64,000 nucleotides of DNA. Origin: Magnetospirillum sp. (GTDB lineage: Bacteria; Pseudomonadota; Alphaproteobacteria; CACIAM-22H2). Position numbers and translations under genes: made by a program. Positions 44,057-55,516 of this stretch are shown in pieces. Location of the stretch: contig JAPZUA010000001.1 in NCBI GenBank assembly GCA_027532905.1, positions 663,950-727,949 on the forward strand, written 5' to 3'. Position 1 is the stretch's first letter, and each line of letters opens with the position of its first letter. Below the pieces are notes generated by a model. That model was not told where the DNA came from. It was given only the letters and a program-made list of their open reading frames with translations, and did no database searches.

Positions 44057-45321
44057 CAGGCTTTCTCCATCGCAGCAGCCGCCGCCATCTTGCCCCCGCC
44101 CAGCACCGGCTCGGCGATCGAGCTCGGCAAAGGCAGCGGCTTTTCGAACCATCCCAGCAGCGGCAGGAAGACCAGGAAATGCGCGAAATAGAGGATGGTC
44201 GCAATGCGCCCGATCAGCAGTGCGGGGCCTTCGGCCGGCTGCCCGCCGGCCCAGCCCAGCACCAAGCACACGGCGATGAACAGCCAGAAGAACGCACGGA
44301 AGGCCGGACGGAACTTGGCCGAGCGCACGCGGCTCGTGTCGAGCCACGGCATCAGGAACAGGATCGCGATCGAACCGAACATCAGCAAGACGCCGCCGAG
44401 CTTGTCGGGGACGGCACGCAGGATCGCGTAGAACGGCAGGAAGTACCATTCCGGCACGATGTGCGGCGGCGTGACCAGCGGGTTCGCCGGGATCCAGTTG
44501 TCCGGATGGCCCAGCATGTAGGGATTGAAGAACACGAAATAGGCGAACACGATCAGGAACACGCCCAGACCGAGCGCATCCTTGACCGTATAGTACGGGT
44601 GGAACGGGACCTTGTCCTGCGGACCCTTGGCGTCGATGCCGAGCGGGTTGTTCGAGCCGTGCACGTGGAGCGCCCACAAATGCAGCAGCACCACGCCCGC
44701 GATTACGAACGGCATCAGATAGTGCAGCGCGAAGAAACGGTTCAGCGTCGGATTGTCGACCGAGAAGCCGCCCCACAGCCACGTCACGATCGCCTCGCCG
44801 ACGATCGGAATGGCCGAGAACAGATTCGTGATGACGGTGGCCCCCCAGAAGCTCATCTGGCCCCAGGGCAGCACGTAGCCCATGAACGCGGTCGCCATCA
44901 TCAGCAGGAAGATGACGATGCCGAGCCACCACAAGATCTCGCGCGGCGCCTTGTAGGAGCCGTAATAGAAGCCGCGGATGATGTGGATGTAGACCACGAT
45001 GAAGAACATCGAGGCGCCGTTCATGTGGATGTAGCGGATGAGCCAGCCGTAGTTCACGTCGCGCATGATGCGTTCGACCGAGTCGAACGCGTGCAGCGTC
45101 GAGGCCTGGTAGTTCATCGCGAGGAAAATGCCCGACACGATCATGATGACGAGGCAGATGCCCGCCAGCGACCCGAAATTCCACATGTAGTTCAGATTGC
45201 GGGGTGCCGGATACTTGATGAGCTGCTCGTCGATCAGTTCGAAGATCGGCAGGCGGTGGTCCACCCACTTGACGATCGGGTTCGAGCGGAACGGCGACGG
45301 GACGTAGTCGTATTTGGCCAT
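44056..45321 (-). CDS. petB: Cytochrome b
   Basis: [41 protein letters not shown]. Confidence 0.97.
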   Translation of the reverse strand: MAKYDYVPSPFRSNPIVKWVDHRLPIFELIDEQLIKYPAPRNLNYMWNFGSLAGICLVIMIVSGIFLAMNYQASTLHAFDSVERIMRDVNYGWLIRYIHMNGASMFFIVVYIHIIRGFYYGSYKAPREILWWLGIVIFLLMMATAFMGYVLPWGQMSFWGATVITNLFSAIPIVGEAIVTWLWGGFSVDNPTLNRFFALHYLMPFVIAGVVLLHLWALHVHGSNNPLGIDAKGPQDKVPFHPYYTVKDALGLGVFLIVFAYFVFFNPYMLGHPDNWIPANPLVTPPHIVPEWYFLPFYAILRAVPDKLGGVLLMFGSIAILFLMPWLDTSRVRSAKFRPAFRAFFWLFIAVCLVLGWAGGQPAEGPALLIGRIATILYFAHFLVFLPLLGWFEKPLPLPSSIAEPVLGGGKMAAAAAMEKA

Positions 45322-45332
45322 GGCTTGCTGCC

Positions 45333-45902
45333 TCAACCGATCTTGATCGTTTTGTCGTTCGTGAAGGCGTAGGGCGGCACTGCGAGATTGAGCGGTGCCG
45401 GTCCCCTGCGGATGCGGCCCGACGTGTCGTAGTGCGAGCCATGGCACGGGCAGAACCAGCCGCCGTAGTCGCCGCGCGAATCGGTCGGCTTCTGGCCGAG
45501 CGGCACGCAGCCCAGATGCGTGCACACGCCGAGCAGCACCAGCCACTCGGGCTTCTGCACGCGCTTGGCGTCGGGCTGCGGATCGGGAAGGCTGGCCGAG
45601 TCGTCTTCCTTGGCCTTGGCGATCTCGTCGGCGGTGCGATTGCGCACGAACACCGGCTTGCCGCGCCATGTGACCGTGATCGCCATGCCGGGCTGGACCG
45701 CAGCCAGATTGACCTCGGTCGAGGCCAGCGCCAGCACGTCGGCCGACGGGTTCATCGAATCGATGAACGCCCAGCCGGTCAAAGCGGCACCCGTGGCGCC
45801 GAAGGCCGTGGTGGCGAGATAGAGGAAATCGCGTCGCGTCGAGCCGTCGGGATGTTTGCGCGTACCGTCGGCGGAAACTGCGGGGGGACCGGACTGAGCC
45901 AT
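45333..45902 (-). CDS. petA: Ubiquinol-cytochrome c reductase Rieske iron-sulfur subunit
   Basis: Tat motif TRRDFLY, CTHLGC and CPCHGS. Confidence 0.96.
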   Translation of the reverse strand: MAQSGPPAVSADGTRKHPDGSTRRDFLYLATTAFGATGAALTGWAFIDSMNPSADVLALASTEVNLAAVQPGMAITVTWRGKPVFVRNRTADEIAKAKEDDSASLPDPQPDAKRVQKPEWLVLLGVCTHLGCVPLGQKPTDSRGDYGGWFCPCHGSHYDTSGRIRRGPAPLNLAVPPYAFTNDKTIKIG

Positions 45903-46012
45903 CGCGAGGGAACCCTTTTGGTTGATCGGGCGTGCGCGCCGCAAACGGTGCGACACGCGCCCAACAAATATGCTAGTGCGCAAACGCCGTACAGTCCTCT
46001 GTCGCGGCGGCA

Positions 46013-46029
46013 TGCGACGCAATGTCGCA
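46013..46029. promoter_or_regulatory. RegA/RegR/PrrA-type box upstream of petABC
   Basis: Perfect palindrome TGCGAC-GCAAT-GTCGCA matching GCG(G/A)C-N5-GTCGC. A candidate minus-strand promoter TTGCAT-N16-TATACC lies at 46058-46085. Confidence 0.55.
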
Positions 46030-46161
46030 GCCTTCCAAGACCCCACGGCGCCGGGCGGGTATAGTCCAGTTTTCGGCGGATGCAAAGTTCCAAACGCTGT
46101 TTTTTGCGAAGGTCCCGTGACGCCAGATTTACCGCCGCTTGGCACCCCGCCGCGACCCCGC

Positions 46162-46623
46162 GTGCGAATTGCCCTGTTCGAGCCGGATATCGCGCCGAAT
46201 GTCGGTACGATCCTTCGGCTGGCGGCGTGTTTGGGCGTCGGCGTGGACGTGGTCGAGCCGTGCGGCTTCGTGTGGTCCGAGCCCAAATTGCGCCGGGCCG
46301 GGATGGATTATCTCGACCAGGTCGATCTCCAACGCCACACGAGTTGGCAGCGCTACATCGACGCCGCCCGGCCCAAGCGCCTTGTCCTCATGACCACGCG
46401 CGGAGCCACGCGCCTGCCCGAATTCGCGTTCGCAGACGGCGACACGCTGCTGCTCGGCCGCGAGAGTGCGGGCGTGCCCGACGACGTGCACGCGGCGGCC
46501 GACGCGCGGGTCGCCATTCCGCTGATGCCGGGCATGCGTTCGCTCAACGTGGCGGTTGCCGCTGCAATTGCGCTGGGCGAAGCATTGCGGCAACTTGGGG
46601 CCTTTCCGGGGGAGGGGCAATGA
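46162..46623 (+). CDS. trmL: tRNA (cytidine/uridine(34)-2'-O)-methyltransferase TrmL
   Basis: [35 protein letters not shown]. Start uncertain (GTG 46162 or 46117). Confidence 0.92.
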   Translation: MRIALFEPDIAPNVGTILRLAACLGVGVDVVEPCGFVWSEPKLRRAGMDYLDQVDLQRHTSWQRYIDAARPKRLVLMTTRGATRLPEFAFADGDTLLLGRESAGVPDDVHAAADARVAIPLMPGMRSLNVAVAAAIALGEALRQLGAFPGEGQ

Positions 46624-47495
46624 CGTCGATCGAAGAAACAGCCGCGCACAAAGCGACGGCGAAAGCGTGGTTCGAAAAACTGCGCGACGATATCTGTGCG
46701 GCGTTCGAAGGGCTCGAAGACGCGCTTGCCTCGGGCCCGCACAAGGATCTGCCGCCGGGCCGCTTCGTGCGCAAATCCTGGCCGCGCCAGGATGCCGACG
46801 GCGCCGACGGCGGCGGGGGCACCATGGCCGTGATGCATGGGCGCGTGTTCGAAAAGGTCGGCGTCAACGTCTCGACCGTGTACGGAAAATTCGCGCCCGA
46901 ATTCGCCAAGCAAATGCCGGGTGCGGCCGAGGATCCGCGCTTCTGGGCGTCCGGCATTTCGCTCGTGGCGCATATGCGCTCGCCCAAAGTACCGGCCGTG
47001 CACATGAACACGCGTCACATCGTGACGACCAAAGCGTGGTTCGGCGGCGGCGGCGACTTGACGCCGATGGTGCCGAACGACGACGACACCAAGAGCTTCC
47101 ACGCCGCCTACAAGGCCGCCTGCGACAAACACGACCCCGACTACTATCCGCGTTTCAAGAAATGGTGCGACGAATACTTCTTCCTGAAGCACCGCAACGA
47201 GCCGCGCGGCGTGGGCGGGATTTTCTACGACAATCTCGACACCGGCGACTGGGCCAAGGACTTCGCCTTCACGCAGGATGTGGGCCGCGCGTTCCTCGCA
47301 GGCTACGTGCCGCTCGTGCAAAAACACATGCACGATGCGTGGACTGAAGCCGACCGCGCGCACCAGCGCGTGCGCCGCGGCCGCTATGTGGAGTTCAACC
47401 TGCTCTACGACCGCGGCACCACTTTCGGCCTCAAGACCGGCGGCAACGTGGAAGCGATCCTGATGAGCCTGCCGCCCGACGTCGCCTGGCCTTAA
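46620..47495 (+). CDS. hemF: Oxygen-dependent coproporphyrinogen III oxidase
   Basis: [53 protein letters not shown]. Confidence 0.96.
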   Translation: MTSIEETAAHKATAKAWFEKLRDDICAAFEGLEDALASGPHKDLPPGRFVRKSWPRQDADGADGGGGTMAVMHGRVFEKVGVNVSTVYGKFAPEFAKQMPGAAEDPRFWASGISLVAHMRSPKVPAVHMNTRHIVTTKAWFGGGGDLTPMVPNDDDTKSFHAAYKAACDKHDPDYYPRFKKWCDEYFFLKHRNEPRGVGGIFYDNLDTGDWAKDFAFTQDVGRAFLAGYVPLVQKHMHDAWTEADRAHQRVRRGRYVEFNLLYDRGTTFGLKTGGNVEAILMSLPPDVAWP

Positions 47496-48664
47496 GGGCA
47501 GCCGGCTTCGATCCATTCTTCTTCGCGCGCTTTGAGCCAGGCCCCCATTGCGGGGCCGGGTTCGAAGCCGGCGCGGCGCGCATCTTCGCCGGACAGCGGA
47601 AATCTCGGCCGCACCCAGGCGAGAGCGGCGGCATAGAGAGCGGCACAGCCCTGCGCGTCCGGCGCTTGCGACCATTGCAGCAGCACATGGGCGGCCGGAT
47701 CGTCGCCGAGGCGATAGAACGCCGCACGGCGCTGCTTTTCGTCCGCTGCCGGATCGAGCCTTAGGGGCGGCGCGCACAAAACCTGCAGCCGCGCGGTCTC
47801 GGCGCGCGACAGGCGCAAGCGTGCAGCGACACCCGGAACATCTGCTGGCGTCAGCAAGCTTGCGAGGGCGAGGATTGCATCGACGCGCGCGCGCGCTTGT
47901 CCGGCGACCGCAAGCAGACGCGCAAGCGCCGCCGTGCCTTCAAGTTCCGGCAGCCAGAACGCAAAAAGCCCGGCAGCGCGCATTGCATCGAGCATTGCGG
48001 GCGCATTGGAGCCAGCGAGAAGGCCAAAAAGTTCGCTGTGCACGCGCTCGGCCGACAGGTTTTTCAACTGCGCCGCCGCAGCCGTGCACGCGGCGAGCGC
48101 TGCCGCATCGATGGCCCCTTGCCCGAAGCGCGCATGGAAACGGAACAGGCGCAGCACGCGCAGATAGTCTTCCGCAATGCGCGCGGCCGCATCGCCAACG
48201 AAGCGCACGCGACCGGCCGCAAGATCTTCGCGGCCGCCGAAAAAGTCGAAGACGGTCCCGTCCGCATCCATCGACATCGCGTTGATCGTGAAGTCGCGCC
48301 GTGCGGCATCGAGGCGCCAATCGTCGGTGAATTCGACCGTCGCATGGCGGCCGTCGGTCGCAACGTCGCGGCGCAAGGTCGTGATCTCGAAACGCCGGCC
48401 GCGCACGATTGCGGTCACCGTTCCGTGCGCGAGGCCCGTGGCGATCGCCTTGAAGCCGGCGGCTTCGAGCTTGGCCATGACAGCCTCGGGCCGCTCGGGG
48501 CCCGCCAAATCGAGATCGTTCGGCACGATGCCGGCAAGTGCGTCGCGCACACAGCCGCCCACGAACCGCACCTGCGGCCCCACGCACGCCAGCAGGGCGC
48601 GCGTTTCGGCGCTCGCCGCCCACAGCGGCAGCGGCGACAGGCGAAAATCGGACGAATCGGCCAT
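47492..48664 (-). CDS. cca: CCA tRNA nucleotidyltransferase
   Basis: [42 protein letters not shown]. Confidence 0.92.
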   Translation of the reverse strand: MADSSDFRLSPLPLWAASAETRALLACVGPQVRFVGGCVRDALAGIVPNDLDLAGPERPEAVMAKLEAAGFKAIATGLAHGTVTAIVRGRRFEITTLRRDVATDGRHATVEFTDDWRLDAARRDFTINAMSMDADGTVFDFFGGREDLAAGRVRFVGDAAARIAEDYLRVLRLFRFHARFGQGAIDAAALAACTAAAAQLKNLSAERVHSELFGLLAGSNAPAMLDAMRAAGLFAFWLPELEGTAALARLLAVAGQARARVDAILALASLLTPADVPGVAARLRLSRAETARLQVLCAPPLRLDPAADEKQRRAAFYRLGDDPAAHVLLQWSQAPDAQGCAALYAAALAWVRPRFPLSGEDARRAGFEPGPAMGAWLKAREEEWIEAGCP

Positions 48665-48712
48665 GGCGCGACTTTAGCCGATCAAGGCCACGCGCCAAAA
48701 CGCCCGCGCGCG

Positions 48713-49117
48713 CTAAATCCGATCGATCGCGTGTTTCTTGAGGTCGTCGAGCGCGCACACGTCGAGCGTGTCGGCGTGCGTGGCGGCGAGCACGACTTTG
48801 GGGGCTTTGCCCGCTTCGAGCGCTTCTTGCCAACGGGGTGCACACAGGCACCAGCGGTCGCCGGGTTTGAGGCCGGCAAAGCCGAATTCCGGGCGCGGCG
48901 TGGAAAGGTCGTTGCCGGCCGCTTTCGAGAATTCGAGGAAGTCGGCCGTGACGATCGCGCACACCGTATGCATGCCGCGGTCGCTGGGGCCGGTGTTGCA
49001 GCAACCGTCGCGGAAAAAGCCGGTCAGAGGATTGCGCCCGCATTCGGCGAGCGGCAGCCCCAGCACGTTTTTGGCGCCGCGCGGCCCTCCACCGCGTTCG
49101 TCGCGTTCGCCGTCCAT
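48713..49117 (-). CDS. DUF2237 family protein
   Basis: NVLG, PLTGFFRDGCC, GNDLSTP, GLKPGDRWCLCA. Confidence 0.9.
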   Translation of the reverse strand: MDGERDERGGGPRGAKNVLGLPLAECGRNPLTGFFRDGCCNTGPSDRGMHTVCAIVTADFLEFSKAAGNDLSTPRPEFGFAGLKPGDRWCLCAPRWQEALEAGKAPKVVLAATHADTLDVCALDDLKKHAIDRI

Positions 49118-49159
49118 GCTGCCTGCTCCTTCGACTGGTCGTGTGCGCGGTGCCTGAAT

Positions 49160-49462
49160 CTAACGCTGGGTGCCGCGCGGTTCAACATGGCCCGGCACGA
49201 TGCGGCCATCTTCGCCCAGGCGCGGCGGCACATACTGGCCCTTGGCGTTGCCGGTGTCGCGCATCAGCGTAAGCCCGAACAGCAAAAGTGCCGCCAGCAC
49301 CACGCCCGCCAGCGACAGCCACACCCAGGGTGCGTCGCGCCAGCTCGGCACTTCGCCCTTGCCGAGCCGCTCGGCGCGGCGCTTTTCGAGCGCCATCCAG
49401 CCCGCATAGACGAGCGTGGGCAACAAAAGCGGCAGCAGAAATTCGAGCAGGATGCGGATCAT
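49160..49462 (-). CDS. DUF6111-like membrane protein
   Basis: Two TM helices; YVPPRLGEDGRIVPG tail. Confidence 0.75.
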   Translation of the reverse strand: MIRILLEFLLPLLLPTLVYAGWMALEKRRAERLGKGEVPSWRDAPWVWLSLAGVVLAALLLFGLTLMRDTGNAKGQYVPPRLGEDGRIVPGHVEPRGTQR

Positions 49463-49475
49463 GGCGTGCAGTTGG

Positions 49476-50096
49476 TCACGAAGGCGGGCGCGTGCCAAGC
49501 GCTTCGGCAAGATTGATCAGCATGCCGGCCGTCGCCCCCCAGATATAATGCGGGCCGAAAGGCAGCGCCCAGAAATGCCGCGTGGTCCCCTCGAACACGC
49601 GCGAATGGCGCTGGTGGTTCGCCGGATCGAGCGCGAAAGACAGCGGCACCTCGAAGGCCGAGGCAACTTCGAACGCGTCGAGCTTCAGTTCGAAAGGCGG
49701 GGTCACGATGCCGACGACGGGCGTGACCTCGTAGGCGGTGCGCGTGCGATACGTGTCGAGCCGGCCGACGATTTCGACATGCGCGCGCGGCAGACCGATC
49801 TCTTCTTCGGTTTCGCGCAAGGCGGCGGCGACGGCATCTTCGTCGCTGTCTTCCACGCGCCCGCCCGGAAAGCTGATCTGGCCCGCATGCGCATGCAGAT
49901 GAGCGGTGCGCTGCGTAAACAACACCGACATGCCGCTTGCGTGTGCCACAAGCGGCACCAGCACGGCAGCCGCGCGAAACGTTCCGACCGGCGGCAGCAG
50001 GCCCGGATTGCCGTCGTGATCGCCGCGCGACGCACTTTGGCGCACGCCCGGTGTGTTGGCGGCAAAGAGTGTCCGAATGCGTTCGGGTGCGATCAT
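49476..50096 (-). CDS. CoA pyrophosphatase (Nudix, NudL-like)
   Basis: AAVLVPL, HAGQISFPGG, ALRETEEEIG Nudix box, IWGATA. Confidence 0.92.
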   Translation of the reverse strand: MIAPERIRTLFAANTPGVRQSASRGDHDGNPGLLPPVGTFRAAAVLVPLVAHASGMSVLFTQRTAHLHAHAGQISFPGGRVEDSDEDAVAAALRETEEEIGLPRAHVEIVGRLDTYRTRTAYEVTPVVGIVTPPFELKLDAFEVASAFEVPLSFALDPANHQRHSRVFEGTTRHFWALPFGPHYIWGATAGMLINLAEALGTRPPS

Positions 50097-50611
50097 GCGC
50101 CGACCTCAATATCAGCGGGCCCGAGATCGAAAAACACGCCGTCGCTGCGCACGCCCAAACGGCCGTCTTCGACCGTCGCCCCGTCGATCAGCCGATAGAA
50201 GGCCGCGCGATCGACGCGCGCTTCAAGCCCGGCGCGCACATCGATGTAAGGCACAATGCTGCCATCGCTTTGCGGCACCGTGCGGATTTTGTGCGCAGGG
50301 CCTGCGGCCACACGTTCGTCGAGATTGGTTGTGAACGTTGCGCGCGGCCCCGTTTCGGTTTGCGTGAACGATACGTCGTTCGCCACAAACGGCGCATCGT
50401 CGACAGTCACGCGGCCGCGTTCGACCGGTGTGACGAGCCAATAGCTGCCGTCGGCCGCGCGGCGCAGCACGCGCGCGAAAAGTTTCACAAGGGCGGGGCG
50501 GCCAATCGGCGACCCGCGATAGTGCCACGCGCCTGCGCGATCGATGCGCAGATCGAAATCGCCGCAAATCTCGGGCGCCAACTCGGCCAAGGGGGAAAGA
50601 TCGCGAAACAT
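50093..50611 (-). CDS. DUF1285 family protein
   Basis: WHYRGSPIGRPALVKLFA, LVTPVE, VDDAPF, PYIDVRAGLEA. Confidence 0.88.
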   Translation of the reverse strand: MFRDLSPLAELAPEICGDFDLRIDRAGAWHYRGSPIGRPALVKLFARVLRRAADGSYWLVTPVERGRVTVDDAPFVANDVSFTQTETGPRATFTTNLDERVAAGPAHKIRTVPQSDGSIVPYIDVRAGLEARVDRAAFYRLIDGATVEDGRLGVRSDGVFFDLGPADIEVGA

Positions 50612-50773
50612 CGGAGTCGCCGCATTCTACACGCGTCGGCACGCAACATGCAGCGTCTTTGACGGGTGGGTTACCAAAGTGCGCTGGACGGACGCGGCAG
50701 CCTCTGCCACGCTGGCTTTGCGTCCGACGGCACCCTATGTCCCTTGCGGTCCCAACTTTCGAGGAATCAGCTC

Positions 50774-51808
50774 GTGAACGCATCGACGACCGACCTTGCT
50801 CCCGGCCCCGAAGCTGCCCCTCCCGAAGCTGCCAATGCGTTGCTGGGCGAAATCGAAGCGCTGGGCGCTTCGCTCCAGACGGTGCGCACGCATATCGGCC
50901 AAGTCATTTTCGGCCAGCAAGAGGTGGTCGAGCAGACGCTCGTGACCTTGCTGGCGGGCGGCCATCTGCTGCTGATCGGCGTGCCCGGCCTTGCTAAGAC
51001 CAAGCTCGTCGAAACGCTGGGCACGGTCTTGGGCCTCGATGCCAAACGCGTGCAGTGCACGCCCGATCTGATGCCCGCCGACATTATCGGCTCGGAAGTG
51101 CTCGAAGAAGGCGACAGCGGCAAGCGCCAGTTCCGCTTTCTGCAAGGCCCCGTCTTCGCGCAGATCCTGATGGCCGACGAAATCAACCGTGCGAGCCCGC
51201 GCACGCAGTCTGCCTTGCTTCAGGCCATGCAGGAACGCCGCGTCTCGGTGGGCGGCAAGTACCATTCGCTGCCGGCCCCTTTCCATGTGCTGGCAACGCA
51301 AAACCCGCTTGAGCAGGAAGGCACATATCCGCTGCCCGAAGCGCAGCTCGACCGCTTTCTGCTGCAGGTCGATGTGGGCTATCCGGACCTCGCCGCCGAG
51401 CGCCAAATGCTGCTCGCGACGACCGGTTCGGCCGAAGCCAAGCCGCAGCGCGCGATGGATGCCGACAGCCTGATGCGCGCGCAAGCGTTGATCCGGCGCG
51501 TCCCCGTCGGCGAAAGCGTGGTCGAAGCTATCTTGCGCCTTGTGCGCGCCGGCAGGCCCGGCGAGACCGACGTCGAATCCGTGCGCAAATACGTGATCTG
51601 GGGCCCCGGCCCGCGCGCGAGCCAATCTTTGATGCTGGCCGCCCGCGCACGCGCCGTTCTCGACGGCCGCCTGTCGCCCTCGCTCGACGATGTGGCGGCC
51701 CTCGCCGCCCCCATTCTGCGCCATCGCATGGCGCTGTCGTTTGCAGCGCGCGCCGACGGCATCACGCTCGACGGCATTATCGGCCAGCTCTGCGCGGGAA
51801 TGGGCTGA
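50774..51808 (+). CDS. moxR: MoxR family AAA+ ATPase
   Basis: GVPGLAKT, TPDLMPAD, ADEINRASPRTQSALL, ATQNPLEQEGTYPLPEAQLDRF, GPGPRA. Confidence 0.93.
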   Translation: MNASTTDLAPGPEAAPPEAANALLGEIEALGASLQTVRTHIGQVIFGQQEVVEQTLVTLLAGGHLLLIGVPGLAKTKLVETLGTVLGLDAKRVQCTPDLMPADIIGSEVLEEGDSGKRQFRFLQGPVFAQILMADEINRASPRTQSALLQAMQERRVSVGGKYHSLPAPFHVLATQNPLEQEGTYPLPEAQLDRFLLQVDVGYPDLAAERQMLLATTGSAEAKPQRAMDADSLMRAQALIRRVPVGESVVEAILRLVRAGRPGETDVESVRKYVIWGPGPRASQSLMLAARARAVLDGRLSPSLDDVAALAAPILRHRMALSFAARADGITLDGIIGQLCAGMG

Positions 51809-51837
51809 GCGGGATCGCGCAGGAAACCGCGTCGCCC

Positions 51838-52755
51838 ATGTCGCCCCCGCACATGCAAACGCCGCAAGCATCCGCCGCCGCGACGTTGCGCCAACGCCTT
51901 GCCGCCGAAGCGCTGGCAAGCCGCCTGCCCGCTTTGCTGGTCGCGGCCCAACGCGTGGCCGACACGGTCGCGCAAGGCGTGCATGGGCGCAGGCGTACGG
52001 GTCCAGGCGAAAGCTTCTGGCAGTTCCGCCGCTACATGGCGGGCGATTCGATCGAGCGCATCGATTGGCGCCAGACGGCCAAGAGCGATGCGGTCTATGT
52101 GCGCGAAAACGAATGGGAGTCCGCCCAGACCGTGTGGCTGTGGCGCGACGCCTCGCCCTCGATGGCGTGGGCCTCCGACCGCAATCTTGCGCAAAAGCAG
52201 CAGCGTGCGGAATTGCTGCTGATCGCGCTGGGCGCTTTGCTCGCGCGCGGCGGCGAACAAGTGGGCCTGCTCGGCGAAGGGGCGCGGCCATTGGTCGGGC
52301 GCTTTGCCGTCAATCGCCTCGCCGAAGATCTGCTGGCGCGCGCCGCCGATCAAGGCGTGCCGCCGCCGATGCGCGTGGCGCGCCATGCGCACGTGGTGCT
52401 GCTCGGCGATTTCCTTGGGCCGCTTGCCGAAACCGACGCCGCGATCCGGCGCTTGGCAGGATCGGGTGCGCGCGGCCAGCTTGTGCAGATCGCCGATCCG
52501 GCCGAAGAGAATCTGCCCTATGCCGGGCGCACGCGCTTCGAAGGGCTCGAGAACGAGGGCGAGCTTGTGGTGCCGCGCGTCGAAGCCGTGCGCGCGGAAT
52601 ATCGCGCGGTCTACAGCGCCCATGTCGAGGGCGTGCGCGACATCGCGCGTGCGCACGGCTGGGGCTATGTGGCGCATCGCACCGACCGACCGCCCGAGAC
52701 CGCGCTGCTGACCTTGTGGCAGGCACTCGCCGACGCCGGAACGCGAAGCCGATGA
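51838..52755 (+). CDS. DUF58 domain protein
   Basis: GVHGRRRTGPGESFWQFRRY, IDWRQTAK, DASPSM, GDFL, DPAE. Confidence 0.9.
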   Translation: MSPPHMQTPQASAAATLRQRLAAEALASRLPALLVAAQRVADTVAQGVHGRRRTGPGESFWQFRRYMAGDSIERIDWRQTAKSDAVYVRENEWESAQTVWLWRDASPSMAWASDRNLAQKQQRAELLLIALGALLARGGEQVGLLGEGARPLVGRFAVNRLAEDLLARAADQGVPPPMRVARHAHVVLLGDFLGPLAETDAAIRRLAGSGARGQLVQIADPAEENLPYAGRTRFEGLENEGELVVPRVEAVRAEYRAVYSAHVEGVRDIARAHGWGYVAHRTDRPPETALLTLWQALADAGTRSR

Positions 52756-52768
52756 CGGAGTGCCGCTG

Positions 52769-55516
52769 ATGGGTCTGCTGTCGTCGTTTGCGTTCCTCGC
52801 ACCCGTCTGGCTTGCGGCCTTGGCGGCGTTGCCGGTGCTGTGGTGGCTGCTGCGCGTAACTCCGCCCGCCCCACGCCGCGCGGCGTTTCCGGCGATCGCG
52901 TTGCTGCTGCGCGTGAAGCCCGGCGAGGAGACGCCTGCACAAACGCCGTGGTGGCTGCTGCTGCTGCGTTTGCTGATCGCCGGCCTCATCATCCTCGCGT
53001 TGGCGCAGCCCGTGCTCAATCCGGCCGCGCGCATTGTCGGCGGCGGGCCGACGATCCTGGTCGTGGACGACGGTTGGGCGTCCGCCGCCAACTGGAGTGC
53101 AATGCGCGCCCATCTCGACCGTGCGCTCGACGGTGCCGAGCGCGACCAGCGCGCGGTGATGCTGCTGGCAACGGCACCCAATGCGGCGGGCGAACCGCCG
53201 CGCCCGTCGCGGCTGCTGACGGCCGGCGAAGCGCGCCCGCTCGTGGGCGCACTCGAGCCCAAGCCGTGGCCGGTGGATCGCGTGGCCGCGCGCGCGACGC
53301 TCGAAGCGGTCGCCCCTTCGCAAGCCGCCCTCGTACAGTACTTCTCGGACGGGCTCGAAGATGCAGCCCTGCCCGCGTTGCTCGAACGGCTGCAACGTAT
53401 TGGCCCCGTGGTCTATACGGCACCGACGGCCGAGAAGCTTGCGCGCCTGATGCTGCCGCCGGTCTCCGAAACCGGCGGCATTGCCGCGACCGTGGCGCGC
53501 GCATCGACGGCGGGGCCGCTGGATCTCAATCTCGTGGCACGCGGCGAAGACGGCCGCCTGCTGGCGCGCGAAATTCTGCGCTTCGAGGCCGGCAACAGCA
53601 CGGCCCTTGCGCGCATTTCGTTGCCGTCGGAACTGCGCAACCGCATTTCGCGCCTCGAGATCGAAGGCGAAGCGACCGCAGCCGCCACCGCCCTCATTGA
53701 CGAGCGCTGGCGCCGCCGCCCGGTCGGCATCGTCTCGAGCGATACGGCCGAGCGCCAGAACCAGCCGCTCTTGGCCGACACGTTCTATCTCGAGCGCGCC
53801 TTGCAGCCTTTCAGCGAAGTGCGCATCGGCACGGTCGCCGACATACTGGCGCGCGAAACGGCCGTGCTGATCTTGGCCGATGTCGGCGAATTGCCCGCCG
53901 CCGATCGCGCGGCGGTCGAAGCGTGGCTCCGGCGCGGCGGCGTGGTGCTGCGGTTTGCGGGTGCCCGCCTTGCCGAAGCCAACGACGATCTCGTGCCTGT
54001 GCCGCTGCGCTTGGGCGGGCGCGCTTTCGGCGGGGCGATGAGCTGGGAACAGCCGATCGGCCTAGCACCCTTCGACGTCGACTCGCCGTTCGTGGGCCTC
54101 GATATACCAGCCGACGTGCTCGTGCGCCGCCAAGTGCTGGCCGAGCCCACGCTCGAGCTCGCGCGCAAAAGCTGGGCGCGCCTCAGCGACGGGACACCCT
54201 TGGTGACGGCCGACAAGCGCGGCGAAGGCTGGCTGGTGCTCGTGCACGTGACCGCCTCGCCCGAATGGTCGGATCTCCCCTTGTCGGGCCTCTATATCGA
54301 GATGCTGCAGCGGCTGATCGCATTGGCCCAAGGTGTGGCCGGCGACGGGGCGGGCGATGCGTTGCTGGCCCCGGTCGCGACACTCGATGCATTCGGCCGG
54401 CTCGTATCGCCGTTTCCGGCCGCAGCGGGCGTGCCGTCGCGCAGCCTTGCCGCTACGCTTGCCGCCCCGCGCACGCCGCCCGGCCAGTACGGCACGCAAG
54501 CCGCCCGCCGCGCGCTCAATCTGAGCCAAGGGCTTGCGGCCCCGCGCGCGGCGACGTCTTTGCCGTCGGGCATCACACGCGCAGCTTACGATGGTGCGGA
54601 AGAAGTCGATTTCAAACCCACGCTCTTCGTGCTCGCCTTGCTGCTGCTGGTGGCCGACATCGCCGTCGCCCTTGCCTTGCGCGGGCTGTTGAGCGTCGGG
54701 CCCTTGCGCAACCGCCTCGGCGCGATCCTCGTGTTCGGCGCGTTGGCGTTGGGCAGTACCGACGCCACACAAGCGCAAACGCGGCTGCCGCCGGTGGACG
54801 ACGCAACCGGTGTCGCCAATTCGCTGGCAACGCACCTGGCGTTCGTGCGCACCGGCGACGAGCAGATCGACCGCGTGAGCCGGGCGGGGCTTGCCGGCTT
54901 GGGCGTGATGCTTGCGCGCCGCACCGCCGTCGATCCGGGAACGCCCGTCGGCGTAGATCTCGAGCGCGACGAGCTTGCTTTCTATCCGCTGCTCTATTGG
55001 CCGGTCGCAAGCCATCTGCCGCTGCCGTCGGCCGACGCGATGGCGCGCGTCAAACAATACATGGCGAACGGCGGCATGGTGCTGTTCGACACGCGCGAGG
55101 CCGATTTCATCGGCCCTGCGGCAGGCGGGCCGTCGGCGCAGCGCCTGCGCGATCTGCTGCGCCCGCTCGATCTGCCGCGCCTCGTGCGCGTTCCGGCCGA
55201 GCATGTGCTGACCAAGACCTTCTATCTGATGCAGGACTTTCCTGGCCGCCTCACGGGTGCGCCCGTGTGGATCGAACAGCCCGACGCGCGCGACAAAGAC
55301 GGCGTAACCTCGATCGTGATCGGGGCCAACGACTGGGCTGGGGCGTGGGCGCTCGACGCGGCCGGCCGGCCGATGTTTGCGGCAGTACCCGGCGGCGACA
55401 ACCAGCGCGAATTCGCCGTGCGCTTCGGCATCAATCTTGTGATGTACGCGCTCACCGGCAACTACAAAGGCGACCAGGTGCATGTCGATACGATCCTGGA
55501 AAGGCTGCGCCGATGA
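52769..55516 (+). CDS. BatA-N / vWA-like / DUF4159 membrane protein
   Basis: BatA-like N-terminus WWLLRVTPP...TPWWLLLLR...LAQP; C-terminal DUF4159 (YPLLYWP, NDWAGAW, GINLVMYALTGNYKGDQVH). Confidence 0.88.
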   Translation: MGLLSSFAFLAPVWLAALAALPVLWWLLRVTPPAPRRAAFPAIALLLRVKPGEETPAQTPWWLLLLRLLIAGLIILALAQPVLNPAARIVGGGPTILVVDDGWASAANWSAMRAHLDRALDGAERDQRAVMLLATAPNAAGEPPRPSRLLTAGEARPLVGALEPKPWPVDRVAARATLEAVAPSQAALVQYFSDGLEDAALPALLERLQRIGPVVYTAPTAEKLARLMLPPVSETGGIAATVARASTAGPLDLNLVARGEDGRLLAREILRFEAGNSTALARISLPSELRNRISRLEIEGEATAAATALIDERWRRRPVGIVSSDTAERQNQPLLADTFYLERALQPFSEVRIGTVADILARETAVLILADVGELPAADRAAVEAWLRRGGVVLRFAGARLAEANDDLVPVPLRLGGRAFGGAMSWEQPIGLAPFDVDSPFVGLDIPADVLVRRQVLAEPTLELARKSWARLSDGTPLVTADKRGEGWLVLVHVTASPEWSDLPLSGLYIEMLQRLIALAQGVAGDGAGDALLAPVATLDAFGRLVSPFPAAAGVPSRSLAATLAAPRTPPGQYGTQAARRALNLSQGLAAPRAATSLPSGITRAAYDGAEEVDFKPTLFVLALLLLVADIAVALALRGLLSVGPLRNRLGAILVFGALALGSTDATQAQTRLPPVDDATGVANSLATHLAFVRTGDEQIDRVSRAGLAGLGVMLARRTAVDPGTPVGVDLERDELAFYPLLYWPVASHLPLPSADAMARVKQYMANGGMVLFDTREADFIGPAAGGPSAQRLRDLLRPLDLPRLVRVPAEHVLTKTFYLMQDFPGRLTGAPVWIEQPDARDKDGVTSIVIGANDWAGAWALDAAGRPMFAAVPGGDNQREFAVRFGINLVMYALTGNYKGDQVHVDTILERLRR

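Noticed and set aside
43298..45442. Apparent 714-aa cytochrome b-c1 fusion ORF
   Set aside because: The upstream part is an off-frame reading of petB. petB has its own stop at 44056 and petC its own ATG and signal peptide.
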